Position numbers and translations under genes: made by a program
Shown: positions 40,700 to 49,310 of the stretch, piece by piece
Layout of the letters: every line of letters starts with the position of its first letter
Numbering within the stretch: the first letter of the stretch is position 1
Notes under the pieces: generated by a model
Seen by the model: only the letters and a program-made list of their open reading frames with translations
The model's database searches: none
Told to the model about the DNA's origin: nothing
Source: an uncultured Collinsella sp.
Lineage (GTDB): Bacteria > Actinomycetota > Coriobacteriia > Coriobacteriales > Coriobacteriaceae
Direction: 5' to 3'
NCBI GenBank assembly: GCA_900543025.1
Contig: UQPP01000003.1
Coordinates: 35,601 to 99,600 of the forward strand
Length of the DNA stretch: 64,000 nucleotides

Positions 40700-42375
40700 T
40701 GAAGGAGCTTTCCGAGGTCCTGCAGGATTGGGAGGCCGTGATCGGCCTGGAAATTCATACCGAGCTCACCGCACTCGATACCAAGATGTTCTGCAACTGC
40801 AAACTCAGCCACGATGACGAGCCCAACGCCAACGTGTGCCCGGTGTGCCTGGGCCTGCCCGGCGCCCTGCCGGTGCCTAACAAGCGCGCCATCGAGAGCA
40901 TCGTCAAGGCCGGCATCGCCACCAACTGCGAGATCCAGCGCCACTCGATGTTCTACCGCAAGCACTACTTCTATCCCGACATGGCCAAGAACTTCCAGAC
41001 CACGCAGGGTCCGGTCGCCTTTGCCATGTACGGCCACCTGGACCTGGACGTGACCGGTCGCGGTGCCGCCGAGCGCCCCAACTGCGCGTTTGGCGAGGCC
41101 GAGGCCCAGAGCCTGGCGAGCGCCTCGGCCAACGCCGAGGGACTGTCCACGTCCATGACGTCGACCATGCGCGAAGGCAATCAGCGCGCCGGCCACCTAG
41201 CCAGCTATGACGCGTCCAACCTGCAGATGCCCGAGCGTCGCGAGGACGGTTCCTACACGGTGCCTATCCGCATCTTGCGTATCCATATGGAGGAGGATGC
41301 CGCCAAGATGGTTCACGTGGGTGGCGCCGAGGGTCGCATTACCGCCGCGGCCGAGTCGCTCGTCGACTACAACCGCTGCGGCACGCCTTTGATCGAGCTC
41401 GTGACTGAGCCCGATCTGCGCACGCCCGAGGAAGCGCGCCTGTTTATGGAGAAGCTCCGTCGCATTTTTGTGACGCTGGGTATTTCTGACTGTTCCATGG
41501 AGAAGGGTTCCATGCGCTGCGACGGCAACGTGTCGCTGCGCCGCCGCGGCGAGACCAAGCTGGGCACCAAGACCGAGCTCAAGAACCTCAACTCGTTTAA
41601 GAGCCTGCATGATGGCCTTGCCTACGAGATTTGCCGTCAGGCCGAGGTTCTTGAAGAGGGCGGCATCATCTACCAGGAGACGCGTCACTGGGAGCCCAGC
41701 CGCAAGCGCACGGTGGTCATGCGCGTGAAAGAGACGGCCGACGATTATCGTCTGTTCCCCGACCCCGACTTGGCTCCGTTTGATCTGGACGACACCTTCA
41801 TCGAGAACTGCCGCGAGCAGATCCCCGAGTTGCCCGACGCCAAGCGTGCTCGTTTTGAGGCCGATTTTGGCATCAAGGCAGCCGATGCCGAGCAGATCGC
41901 AGGCGATCCTGCCTATGCCGATTTCTTTGAGAAGGCGGCTGCGGGCACGTCTGGTAAAGAAGCCCAAACGGTTGCGAACTTGCTGGTCAACGAGCTCGTT
42001 GGCTATCTTAAGAGCGCAGGTACCGCGCTCGATGAGAGCGGTATTGCGCCCGCTCAGGTTGCCGCGTTGGCAAAGCTGCTGGCAAGTGACGCCATCTCGA
42101 GCAATCAGGCGCACGAGGTCTTTGAGCTGATGGCTCAAACTGGCGACGATCCCAACAAGATTGTGGACGAGCGCGGTATGCGCCAGGTGAGCGATACGGG
42201 GGCGTTGCAGCCGATTGTCGACGAGGTCTTGGCCAACTGTGCGGATCAGGCTCAGCAGTATCGCGACGGCAACCAGAAGGTGCTGGGATTTTTGGTAGGC
42301 CAGTGCATGAAAGCGAGCCGCGGCAAGGGTAACCCGAAGCTCTTCAACGAGTTGCTGAGAACGTCGCTCTCGTAA
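40699..42375 (+). CDS. gatB: Asp/Glu-tRNA amidotransferase subunit B
   Basis: VIGLEIH, CPVCLGLPGALP, HMEEDA, MRCDGNVS, ELKNLNSF. Confidence 0.97.
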   Translation: MKELSEVLQDWEAVIGLEIHTELTALDTKMFCNCKLSHDDEPNANVCPVCLGLPGALPVPNKRAIESIVKAGIATNCEIQRHSMFYRKHYFYPDMAKNFQTTQGPVAFAMYGHLDLDVTGRGAAERPNCAFGEAEAQSLASASANAEGLSTSMTSTMREGNQRAGHLASYDASNLQMPERREDGSYTVPIRILRIHMEEDAAKMVHVGGAEGRITAAAESLVDYNRCGTPLIELVTEPDLRTPEEARLFMEKLRRIFVTLGISDCSMEKGSMRCDGNVSLRRRGETKLGTKTELKNLNSFKSLHDGLAYEICRQAEVLEEGGIIYQETRHWEPSRKRTVVMRVKETADDYRLFPDPDLAPFDLDDTFIENCREQIPELPDAKRARFEADFGIKAADAEQIAGDPAYADFFEKAAAGTSGKEAQTVANLLVNELVGYLKSAGTALDESGIAPAQVAALAKLLASDAISSNQAHEVFELMAQTGDDPNKIVDERGMRQVSDTGALQPIVDEVLANCADQAQQYRDGNQKVLGFLVGQCMKASRGKGNPKLFNELLRTSLS

Positions 42376-42378
42376 GCG

Positions 42379-42519
42379 GAACCCGGGAGCCCCGGCAGGG
42401 CGGGTGCTTCCCCAAAATTTCGAACAGTCCTGCGCAAGACGAAGGCCACATTAAGTGGCCTTCTTTGCGTGCGGAACTCATTTTGAGCAAGCACCCGCCC
42501 TGCCGGGGCTCCCGGGTTC
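42379..42519. mobile_element. 141-bp MITE-like foldback element
   Basis: Perfect 31-bp terminal inverted repeats plus internal GAAGGCCAC/GTGGCCTTC hairpin. Confidence 0.55.
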
Positions 42520-42680
42520 TGTGACGACTCGGCCGTTCGGGTCAGGCGGGCTGAATTGAATTTGGTGAATGAGGGCGCCGATGGCGCCCTCATTTTTGTG
42601 GATGTGACAAAGGGACTGTTCCGTTGTCACATTGCAATGAATGTGATGAAAGTGTGTCGAACTGAGTTTAAAACTTCTGT

Positions 42681-42735
42681 AAATGTGATAAATATCACGT
42701 TTTAGCTATGTTAAAATGTGGGAAATATCACGTTT
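42681..42735 (+). promoter_or_regulatory. Tandem operator-like repeats upstream of the AAA ATPase
   Basis: AAATGTGATAAATATCACGTTT and AAATGTGGGAAATATCACGTTT, 33 bp apart. Confidence 0.6.
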
Positions 42736-42764
42736 ACGGAAGTTTCTTTGCGGGAGGTTCGGTC

Positions 42765-44129
42765 ATGCAGCGAGATATCATTGCCAAGCTTAACGCTTGG
42801 AAAGCGTCGGAATATCGTAAGCCGCTTATCCTTAAGGGGGCGCGCCAGGTTGGAAAGACATGGGCGCTTAAGGAGTTCGGACGAACCTCGTACCGCAATT
42901 TTGTGTATCTGACGCTCGAGGAGCCGTCACCTGGGGTACAGAGCGAGTACGCTCAGTTTTTCGAAGGTACGCGCGATCCTCGACGGATCATCTCAAACCT
43001 TTCCCTGGCACTTGGACAGCCTATCGATCCCGGCGAGACGCTGCTTATTATTGATGAGATTCAGGATTGTCCTTCTGCAGTCGGCGCCCTTAAATACTTT
43101 TGTGACGAGGTCCCCGAGTATCACGTCGCATGCGCAGGGTCTTTGTTGGGCGTTCGCTTGTCCCGTGAGACCAGCGCTTTTCCAGTGGGAAAGGTCGAGT
43201 TCATGGAGATGCACCCCATGAGCTTTTCCGAGTTTCTGAAAGCCGAGGGTGCTGCAAACTACGACGAATACCTTGGCGGCCTGGATCAGATCGAGACAGT
43301 GCCCGATTTCTTCCATGTCCGTCTCGTCGAGCATCTTCGTCGTTATTTTGCATGTGGCGGCATGCCAGAGGCTCTTGGCCGGTGGGCGGAGACGGGCGAT
43401 ATCGTTCAGGTCGATAAGGTGCTGTCCGATCTCTTGGATTCTTACGAGCGCGATTTTGCCAAGCATGGTGGCCGTGCGCAGTTCGCCAAGCTTTCGCAAA
43501 TATGGAACTCGATTCCAACTCAGTTGGCGCGCGAGAATAAGAAGTTCGTTTGGGGTGCGGTGCGCGAGGGGGCTCGTGCTCGGGAATACGAGGATGCTCT
43601 GGAATGGCTTGCCGATGCTGGGCTCATCACGGCGGTTCGCCTTAATGCTGCCGGTGGTGTGCCGCTCTCTGCATACGATGACCTCAAGGCATTTAAAGTC
43701 TACTGTCTTGATGTTGGCTTGCTGCGCCGCATGGCAAGGCTGGATGCGTCCGCTTTTGCCATCTCGGATGCGCTATTTTCGGAGTTCAAAGGTTCGTTCG
43801 CCGAGAACTATGTGCTTCAGGCATTACTTCCACAGTTAGATGCTGCTCCGCGTTATTGGACAAACGAGAAGCCGAAGCACGAAGTCGATTTTTTGATTCA
43901 AGTCGGAAACGAAATCGTTCCCGTCGAGGTCAAATCGGGAGAGGTGGTTCATTCCAAGAGCCTTAAGTACTATGCCTACAAGCATGCGGAGACGACTCCA
44001 TTAAGGGTCCGATACTCACTTAAGAACCTAAAGCTCGACGACGGGGTGCTCAACATTCCGTTGTATTTGGCTGATCGATCTGTCCCTCTTATCAAAAAGG
44101 CGCTTGATTGTGCGCATCTTGACGTTTAG
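42765..44129 (+). CDS. AAA_14 / DUF4143 ATP-binding protein
   Basis: GARQVGKT, IIDEIQ, GSLLG, GGMPE, KVYCLDVGLL, EVDF...PVEVKSG. Confidence 0.9.
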   Translation: MQRDIIAKLNAWKASEYRKPLILKGARQVGKTWALKEFGRTSYRNFVYLTLEEPSPGVQSEYAQFFEGTRDPRRIISNLSLALGQPIDPGETLLIIDEIQDCPSAVGALKYFCDEVPEYHVACAGSLLGVRLSRETSAFPVGKVEFMEMHPMSFSEFLKAEGAANYDEYLGGLDQIETVPDFFHVRLVEHLRRYFACGGMPEALGRWAETGDIVQVDKVLSDLLDSYERDFAKHGGRAQFAKLSQIWNSIPTQLARENKKFVWGAVREGARAREYEDALEWLADAGLITAVRLNAAGGVPLSAYDDLKAFKVYCLDVGLLRRMARLDASAFAISDALFSEFKGSFAENYVLQALLPQLDAAPRYWTNEKPKHEVDFLIQVGNEIVPVEVKSGEVVHSKSLKYYAYKHAETTPLRVRYSLKNLKLDDGVLNIPLYLADRSVPLIKKALDCAHLDV

Positions 44130-44194
44130 ATCCTGGGCGAGCTGACGGGCGGCGGCTAATTTAATCGCTCCGTAACGGCCAGGGAGCTTGGGCC

Positions 44195-45199
44195 TTAGCG
44201 GTACTTGCTTCGCCAAGCCGTGGGTGTCATGCCGGTGTATTGCTTGAATGTTTGGGCGAAGGCTGCCTGCTGGGGATAGCCGAGTCGCTCAGCTACCTGG
44301 GCTATCGAAAGGGGGCTGTCGGCCAAAAGGTCCTGCGCACGTTCCATTCGATGTCTCCGTATATAGGAACCCAGTGATTCACCCGTCTGGACTTTAAAGG
44401 TGGCGCATAGTTTTGAGCGGCTCATGTAGAGCCGCTCGGCGATCTCGTCCACGCCGATGCGACGTCCCTCGTCAAGGGCGTGCTCGACAACTATGATTGC
44501 TTCTTCGACAATGCCCAGAGCGGTTTGCGTCCCTTCGGCTCGACGTGCCTGCTCGTGGGCCATTCGCGCATACGCCAGCTCGGCAACCATGGTCTCTACG
44601 GCGACTTCCATATAAAGATGTCCGCCCGTGACACGAGCACGCGTTTCATCGAGCCGGCAGAGCGTCCGACCGATTGTCGATAGCGCCTCTTCGCCCCATG
44701 ACTCGGCAAAGGCGTCAAACAGCCCGGCGAATTCTCCGGGGTATCGGCGCTCGAAATCGTCAAAATATCCAGGCAAAAAGAGCACCGAGCGTGAGTGGTA
44801 GAGTTGCCCTGCAAACAATGGGCTTAATTCCTCGCCACAGCTATCTTGGATAAAGCTGCAAACGGCATTGTTTGGCCACGGTCCATGCAATGGTTTAAGG
44901 TTCGCGGGCGTTATGCCAGCCTCGGGCATGCATGCAAGTGTGGGCGCGCTGACCTCGCTCACGCAGGCGTATGGCTCGGGTGTGTATTCGGCCAGGTGCA
45001 TATCGTGCGTCGGGGTTATGAAATGCTCCATGACGATGCAGGCAGGGGAGAGGGGCATGATCCATGCGCGTCCGTGCGCCCGATCGTTTGCCACCTCGCC
45101 GGTAAAGATAGTGCCCTTGCCGGAAAGCTCCAGGCCAAGCTGCTCAAACTGTGGTGCGTAGAGCTCAGTTATGTCGGTCGCGGCCCGATGCATTTTCAA
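44195..45199 (-). CDS. AraC-family transcriptional regulator
   Basis: C-terminal dual HTH (SRSKL..FK...G, SIAQVAERLGY...F..TFK...GMTP); divergent from the ABC pair. Confidence 0.9.
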   Translation of the reverse strand: MKMHRAATDITELYAPQFEQLGLELSGKGTIFTGEVANDRAHGRAWIMPLSPACIVMEHFITPTHDMHLAEYTPEPYACVSEVSAPTLACMPEAGITPANLKPLHGPWPNNAVCSFIQDSCGEELSPLFAGQLYHSRSVLFLPGYFDDFERRYPGEFAGLFDAFAESWGEEALSTIGRTLCRLDETRARVTGGHLYMEVAVETMVAELAYARMAHEQARRAEGTQTALGIVEEAIIVVEHALDEGRRIGVDEIAERLYMSRSKLCATFKVQTGESLGSYIRRHRMERAQDLLADSPLSIAQVAERLGYPQQAAFAQTFKQYTGMTPTAWRSKYR

Positions 45200-45313
45200 A
45201 AGCGTCCCCTTCCTTTGCGGAAACGTCCACGCCTGGCTCGATTGTGTGTCATGGCTAACATATCAATGATAAGTTGATTACGGTTAACTCTCAAGCCGTT
45301 GGAAAGGAATCTC

Positions 45314-47140
45314 ATGGCAAAGGGATCAAAAAGGGAAGGTGGAGGCATCGGCGAGTTGCTCGCGTATGCTGGTGACCGCAAATACCTAACATATTTGGGC
45401 ATGGCGCTCTCGGCGCTCTCGCAGCTGCTGAGCTTTGGCCCGTTCGTGTGCATTTGGCTTGTCGCGCGCGATCTGATCGCCGTGGCACCTAACTGGAGCG
45501 AAGCCACCGACATCGCGATGTATGGCTGGTGGGCCGTGGGTTTTGCCCTGGCAAGCATCGTAGTTTATTTCGTTGGGCTCATGTGCACGCACCTGTCTGC
45601 GTTTCGCTGCGCGTCCAATATTCGCAAGACTACGAGCGAGCACCTGCTTAAGCTGCCGCTTGGCTACTTTGACACGCACGCCACCGGTGAGCTGCGTCGT
45701 GTTGTAGACGGATGCGCCGCCTCCACCGAGACCCTGCTCGCGCACATGCTGCCCGATATCGCCGGCGCCACCGCCATGGTCGCAGGCCTGCTCGTGCTGC
45801 TTTTCGCGCTCGATTGGCGTTTGGGGGCGGCATGCCTTATCTCGGTCGTCGTTTCGTTTGGCGCCATGGCCGCCATGATGGGCGGCAAGGGCGGCGAGTT
45901 TATGAAGGCCTACATGGGAGCGCTGGTCAAGATGAACAAGACCGGCACCGAATACGTACGCGGCATCCCCGTGGTCAAGGTGTTTCAGCAGACGGTCTAC
46001 TCCTTTAAGGCCTTCCACGATGCGATCGCCGAATACGCCGACATGGCACAAAACTATGCGGGCACGTTCTGCCGAGGTCCGCAGGTACTCAACCTTACCG
46101 CGCTCAATGGTCTTGTGGCATTCCTGTTGCCCGTGGCGTTGCTGTTGGCGCCGGGCGAGACGGACTTCGCGCATTTTATGGCCAACTTCACGTTTTACGC
46201 GATATTTTCGGCCGTGGTGCCGACGGCCATGACCAAGCTCATGTTTGTGGGCGAGGCCTCTCAGATGAGTGCCGATTCGCTGGCTCGCATCCGAAGCGTC
46301 ATGGATTCCAAGCAGCTCTCCGTGCCCGCCCAACCCAAGCACCCTGCCGGCGGCGACGTGCGATTTGAGGATGTGAGCTTTACCTACGAGGGCGCCGAAG
46401 CACCTGCTGTCACCCATGTGAGTTTTAGCGTTTCCGCGGGTAGCACCCTCGCCCTGGTGGGTCCCTCGGGTGGCGGTAAGTCAACCTGCGCAAGCCTGAT
46501 CCCGCGTTTTTGGGATGTTTCCTCGGGTCGAGTGCTCGTAGGCGGTGTGGACGTTCGCGATATGGATCCGCACGAGCTTATGGACCAGGTCGCCTTTGTG
46601 TTCCAGACCAACCAGCTGTTCCGGCAAACACTTGCCGATAACGTGCGCGCCTCCAAGCCTACGGCCACTGACGACGAAGTGCGTGCGGCCCTCTCCGCAG
46701 CTCAGTGCGACGACATTGTGGCCAAGCTCCCACAGGGCATCAATACCATGCTCGGTGCCGGCGGAGCATATCTTTCGGGCGGCGAGGTCCAGCGCGTGGC
46801 ACTCGCCCGCGCGATCCTTAAAGACGCGCCTATCGTGGTGCTCGATGAAGCCACGGCGTTTGCCGATCCCGAGAACGAGGCGCTCATCCAGCGCGCCTTT
46901 AGCAAGCTGGCGGCGGGTCGCACGGTCATTATGATTGCGCACCGACTCTCGACTGTAGTTGGCGCAGACCAAATCGTGGTGCTCAACCAGGGCAGTGTGC
47001 AGGAGTCGGGTACCCATGCCGAGTTGCTGTCCCAAAATGGCCTGTATGCCAAGATGTGGGCCGAGTACGAGCAGGCCGCGGGCTGGAAAATCACTGCAGC
47101 GACCGCGGATGCCGCCGTCACGAAGGGAGGCGAGGCCTAA
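45314..47140 (+). CDS. IrtA/YbtP-like ABC transporter subunit
   Basis: HLSAFR, EYVRGIPVVKVF, GPSGGGKS, LSGGE.QR, DEATAFADPENE. Confidence 0.88.
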   Translation: MAKGSKREGGGIGELLAYAGDRKYLTYLGMALSALSQLLSFGPFVCIWLVARDLIAVAPNWSEATDIAMYGWWAVGFALASIVVYFVGLMCTHLSAFRCASNIRKTTSEHLLKLPLGYFDTHATGELRRVVDGCAASTETLLAHMLPDIAGATAMVAGLLVLLFALDWRLGAACLISVVVSFGAMAAMMGGKGGEFMKAYMGALVKMNKTGTEYVRGIPVVKVFQQTVYSFKAFHDAIAEYADMAQNYAGTFCRGPQVLNLTALNGLVAFLLPVALLLAPGETDFAHFMANFTFYAIFSAVVPTAMTKLMFVGEASQMSADSLARIRSVMDSKQLSVPAQPKHPAGGDVRFEDVSFTYEGAEAPAVTHVSFSVSAGSTLALVGPSGGGKSTCASLIPRFWDVSSGRVLVGGVDVRDMDPHELMDQVAFVFQTNQLFRQTLADNVRASKPTATDDEVRAALSAAQCDDIVAKLPQGINTMLGAGGAYLSGGEVQRVALARAILKDAPIVVLDEATAFADPENEALIQRAFSKLAAGRTVIMIAHRLSTVVGADQIVVLNQGSVQESGTHAELLSQNGLYAKMWAEYEQAAGWKITAATADAAVTKGGEA

Positions 47141-48898
47141 ATGTTCGCCTCATTCCAAAAGAAGTATTTCCTATCCGATAAAGGCGTCGCCGGCGTAAAA
47201 CGCGGCATTTTCTGGACCACGCTCACCAATCTCATTACCATGGCCGGCATGGGCTTTTTATTCCTGGTCATGGCCGGCTTTGTCGAGCATCTCGCCAGCG
47301 GCGCCGACCTGCCGGATGCCCTGCCGATCGTGGGTGGCCTCCTGGTCTTTTTCGTGTTGCTCTTTGCCTCTAACTGGCAGCAGTATTACTACACCTACTG
47401 CATCTTTTACGGGGAGTGCGGCAAGCAGCGTATGGAGATCGCCGAGCGCTTGCGCAAACTGCCGCTGTCGTTTTTTGGTCGTCGTGATCTGGCCGATTTA
47501 ACCGAGACCATCATGGGTGATGTCCAGGCCATGGAGCACGCCTACAGCCACGTGCTGGGAGAGCTTTGGGGTGCCATCTTCGCAAGCGCCATTGTGTTCG
47601 TGGCGTCGCTGTTCTTTTGCTGGCAGCTGGCGATCGCGGCGTTTTGGAGCGTTCCCGTGGCCTTTGCCGTGCTGTATCTAACACGCGGCCCCATGACCCC
47701 GGTGTTCGATCGCGTGCGCGCCGAGAAGGTCAAGGTTACCGAGGCTATTCAAGAGACGCTCGACTGCGTTCGCGAGATCCGCGCCACCAACCAAGAGGCC
47801 CATTATCTTGAGGGACTCAACGCCGTGATCGATGCCGAGGAGCGCGAGACCACCAAGGGCGAGCTCGCTAACGGGCTTTTGGTCAACTCCGCCTTTGCCA
47901 TCCTGCGTCTGGGCATTGCCACCACGCTGGTCACGGGTGCTGCGATGGTCGCCTCCGGACAGGTCGACTTTTTGGTGATGTTTGCCTTCCTGCTTATGGT
48001 GAGCCGTATCTATGCGCCGTTTGACCAGGCGTTAATGTTAATGTCCGAGCTGTTCGCCGCCGAGTCGTCTGCCAAGCGCATGCGTTCCATCATGGAAGAG
48101 CCTGTGGCGCGGGGCAGCGAGAAATTTGAGCCTGCGGGCCACGATGTGGTGTTCGATCACGTGGCATTTGGCTATGGTGCGGGCGAGGACGGACGCGCCG
48201 GCGAAAAAGTTCTTACCGATGTGAGCTTTACCGCCAAGGAAGGCGAAGTTACGGCGCTGGTCGGTCCTTCGGGTTCCGGTAAGTCTACGGTGAGCCGCCT
48301 GGCCGCGCGCTTTTGGGATGCCACCGCGGGCAAGGTTACCGTTGGTGGCGTGGATGTCGCGAGCGTGGATCCCGAGGTGCTCCTGCGCGACTACGCTATC
48401 GTGTTCCAAGACGTGCTGCTCTTTGACGACACGGTGATGGGAAACATCCGCCTCGGGCGTCGTGATGCCACTGATGAGCAAGTGCTTGCGGCTGCGCGTG
48501 TCGCCAACTGCGACGAGTTTGTGAGCCGTATGCCGCAGGGCTACGACACCATGATCGGCGAGAACGGCTCCAAACTCTCCGGTGGCGAGCGCCAGCGCAT
48601 CTCCATCGCCCGCGCGCTGCTCAAAGATGCGCCCATCGTGCTGTTGGACGAGGCGACGGCGAGCTTGGATGTGGAGAACGAGACCGTGGTACAGCAGGCA
48701 CTCTCCCGTCTGCTTGCAGGTAAGACGGTTATCGTTATTGCCCACCGTATGCGTACGGTGGAAAATGCCGACAAGATTGTCGTGCTCAAGGATGGCGTGG
48801 TTGCCGAACAGGGCGCTCCGGCGCAGCTCAAGGAGGCAGGTGGAGAATTCGCCCGCATGGTTGCGCTGCAAAAGGAGGCGGCTGCCTGGCAACTGTGA
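47141..48898 (+). CDS. IrtB/YbtQ-like ABC transporter subunit
   Basis: AERLRKLPLSFF..RDLADL, GPSGSGKS, LSGGERQR, DEATASLDVENE. Confidence 0.88.
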   Translation: MFASFQKKYFLSDKGVAGVKRGIFWTTLTNLITMAGMGFLFLVMAGFVEHLASGADLPDALPIVGGLLVFFVLLFASNWQQYYYTYCIFYGECGKQRMEIAERLRKLPLSFFGRRDLADLTETIMGDVQAMEHAYSHVLGELWGAIFASAIVFVASLFFCWQLAIAAFWSVPVAFAVLYLTRGPMTPVFDRVRAEKVKVTEAIQETLDCVREIRATNQEAHYLEGLNAVIDAEERETTKGELANGLLVNSAFAILRLGIATTLVTGAAMVASGQVDFLVMFAFLLMVSRIYAPFDQALMLMSELFAAESSAKRMRSIMEEPVARGSEKFEPAGHDVVFDHVAFGYGAGEDGRAGEKVLTDVSFTAKEGEVTALVGPSGSGKSTVSRLAARFWDATAGKVTVGGVDVASVDPEVLLRDYAIVFQDVLLFDDTVMGNIRLGRRDATDEQVLAAARVANCDEFVSRMPQGYDTMIGENGSKLSGGERQRISIARALLKDAPIVLLDEATASLDVENETVVQQALSRLLAGKTVIVIAHRMRTVENADKIVVLKDGVVAEQGAPAQLKEAGGEFARMVALQKEAAAWQL

Positions 48899-49042
48899 TG
48901 CGATAAAGATTTCCAATAAGTTATCCCCTGTTGACTACTGAAGTTTGAATGACTAAACTTTCCTAAATGTGCGCCCGGGTAAACTTTTCTGGGAGCGAAG
49001 TGTCACCGTGTCGCGAATCGGCGCGAAGAAGAGAGGGATACC

Positions 49043-49294
49043 ATGAAAAAGTCTGCATTTAACACGCTGCTTGTCGGTGGTGGTTTTCTGCTTGGCACGG
49101 CCGGCCTCAAGCTGCTTACGAGTGCTCCGGTGAAGAATGCATGCGTGCAGGGCATCGCGTGTGGTATGCGCATCAAGAACGGCTATCAGGATATGGTCGA
49201 GCAGGCCAAGGCCGAGGTTGACGACATGGTTGCCGAGGCAGCGTATATCACTGCCACCGAGTCTGACGCGACCGCAGATAAGGCTGCCGAGTAA
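49043..49294 (+). CDS. Small membrane-associated protein preceding the P1B-ATPase (DUF1490/DUF6110-like)
   Basis: GGFLLGTAG hydrophobic segment and acidic amphipathic tail; GAGGGA RBS. Confidence 0.7.
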   Translation: MKKSAFNTLLVGGGFLLGTAGLKLLTSAPVKNACVQGIACGMRIKNGYQDMVEQAKAEVDDMVAEAAYITATESDATADKAAE

Positions 49295-49310
49295 AACACG
49301 CGGCATAACT

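Noticed and set aside
41053..41244. Intein in GatB
   Set aside because: Too short, and no terminal His-Asn followed by Cys/Ser/Thr
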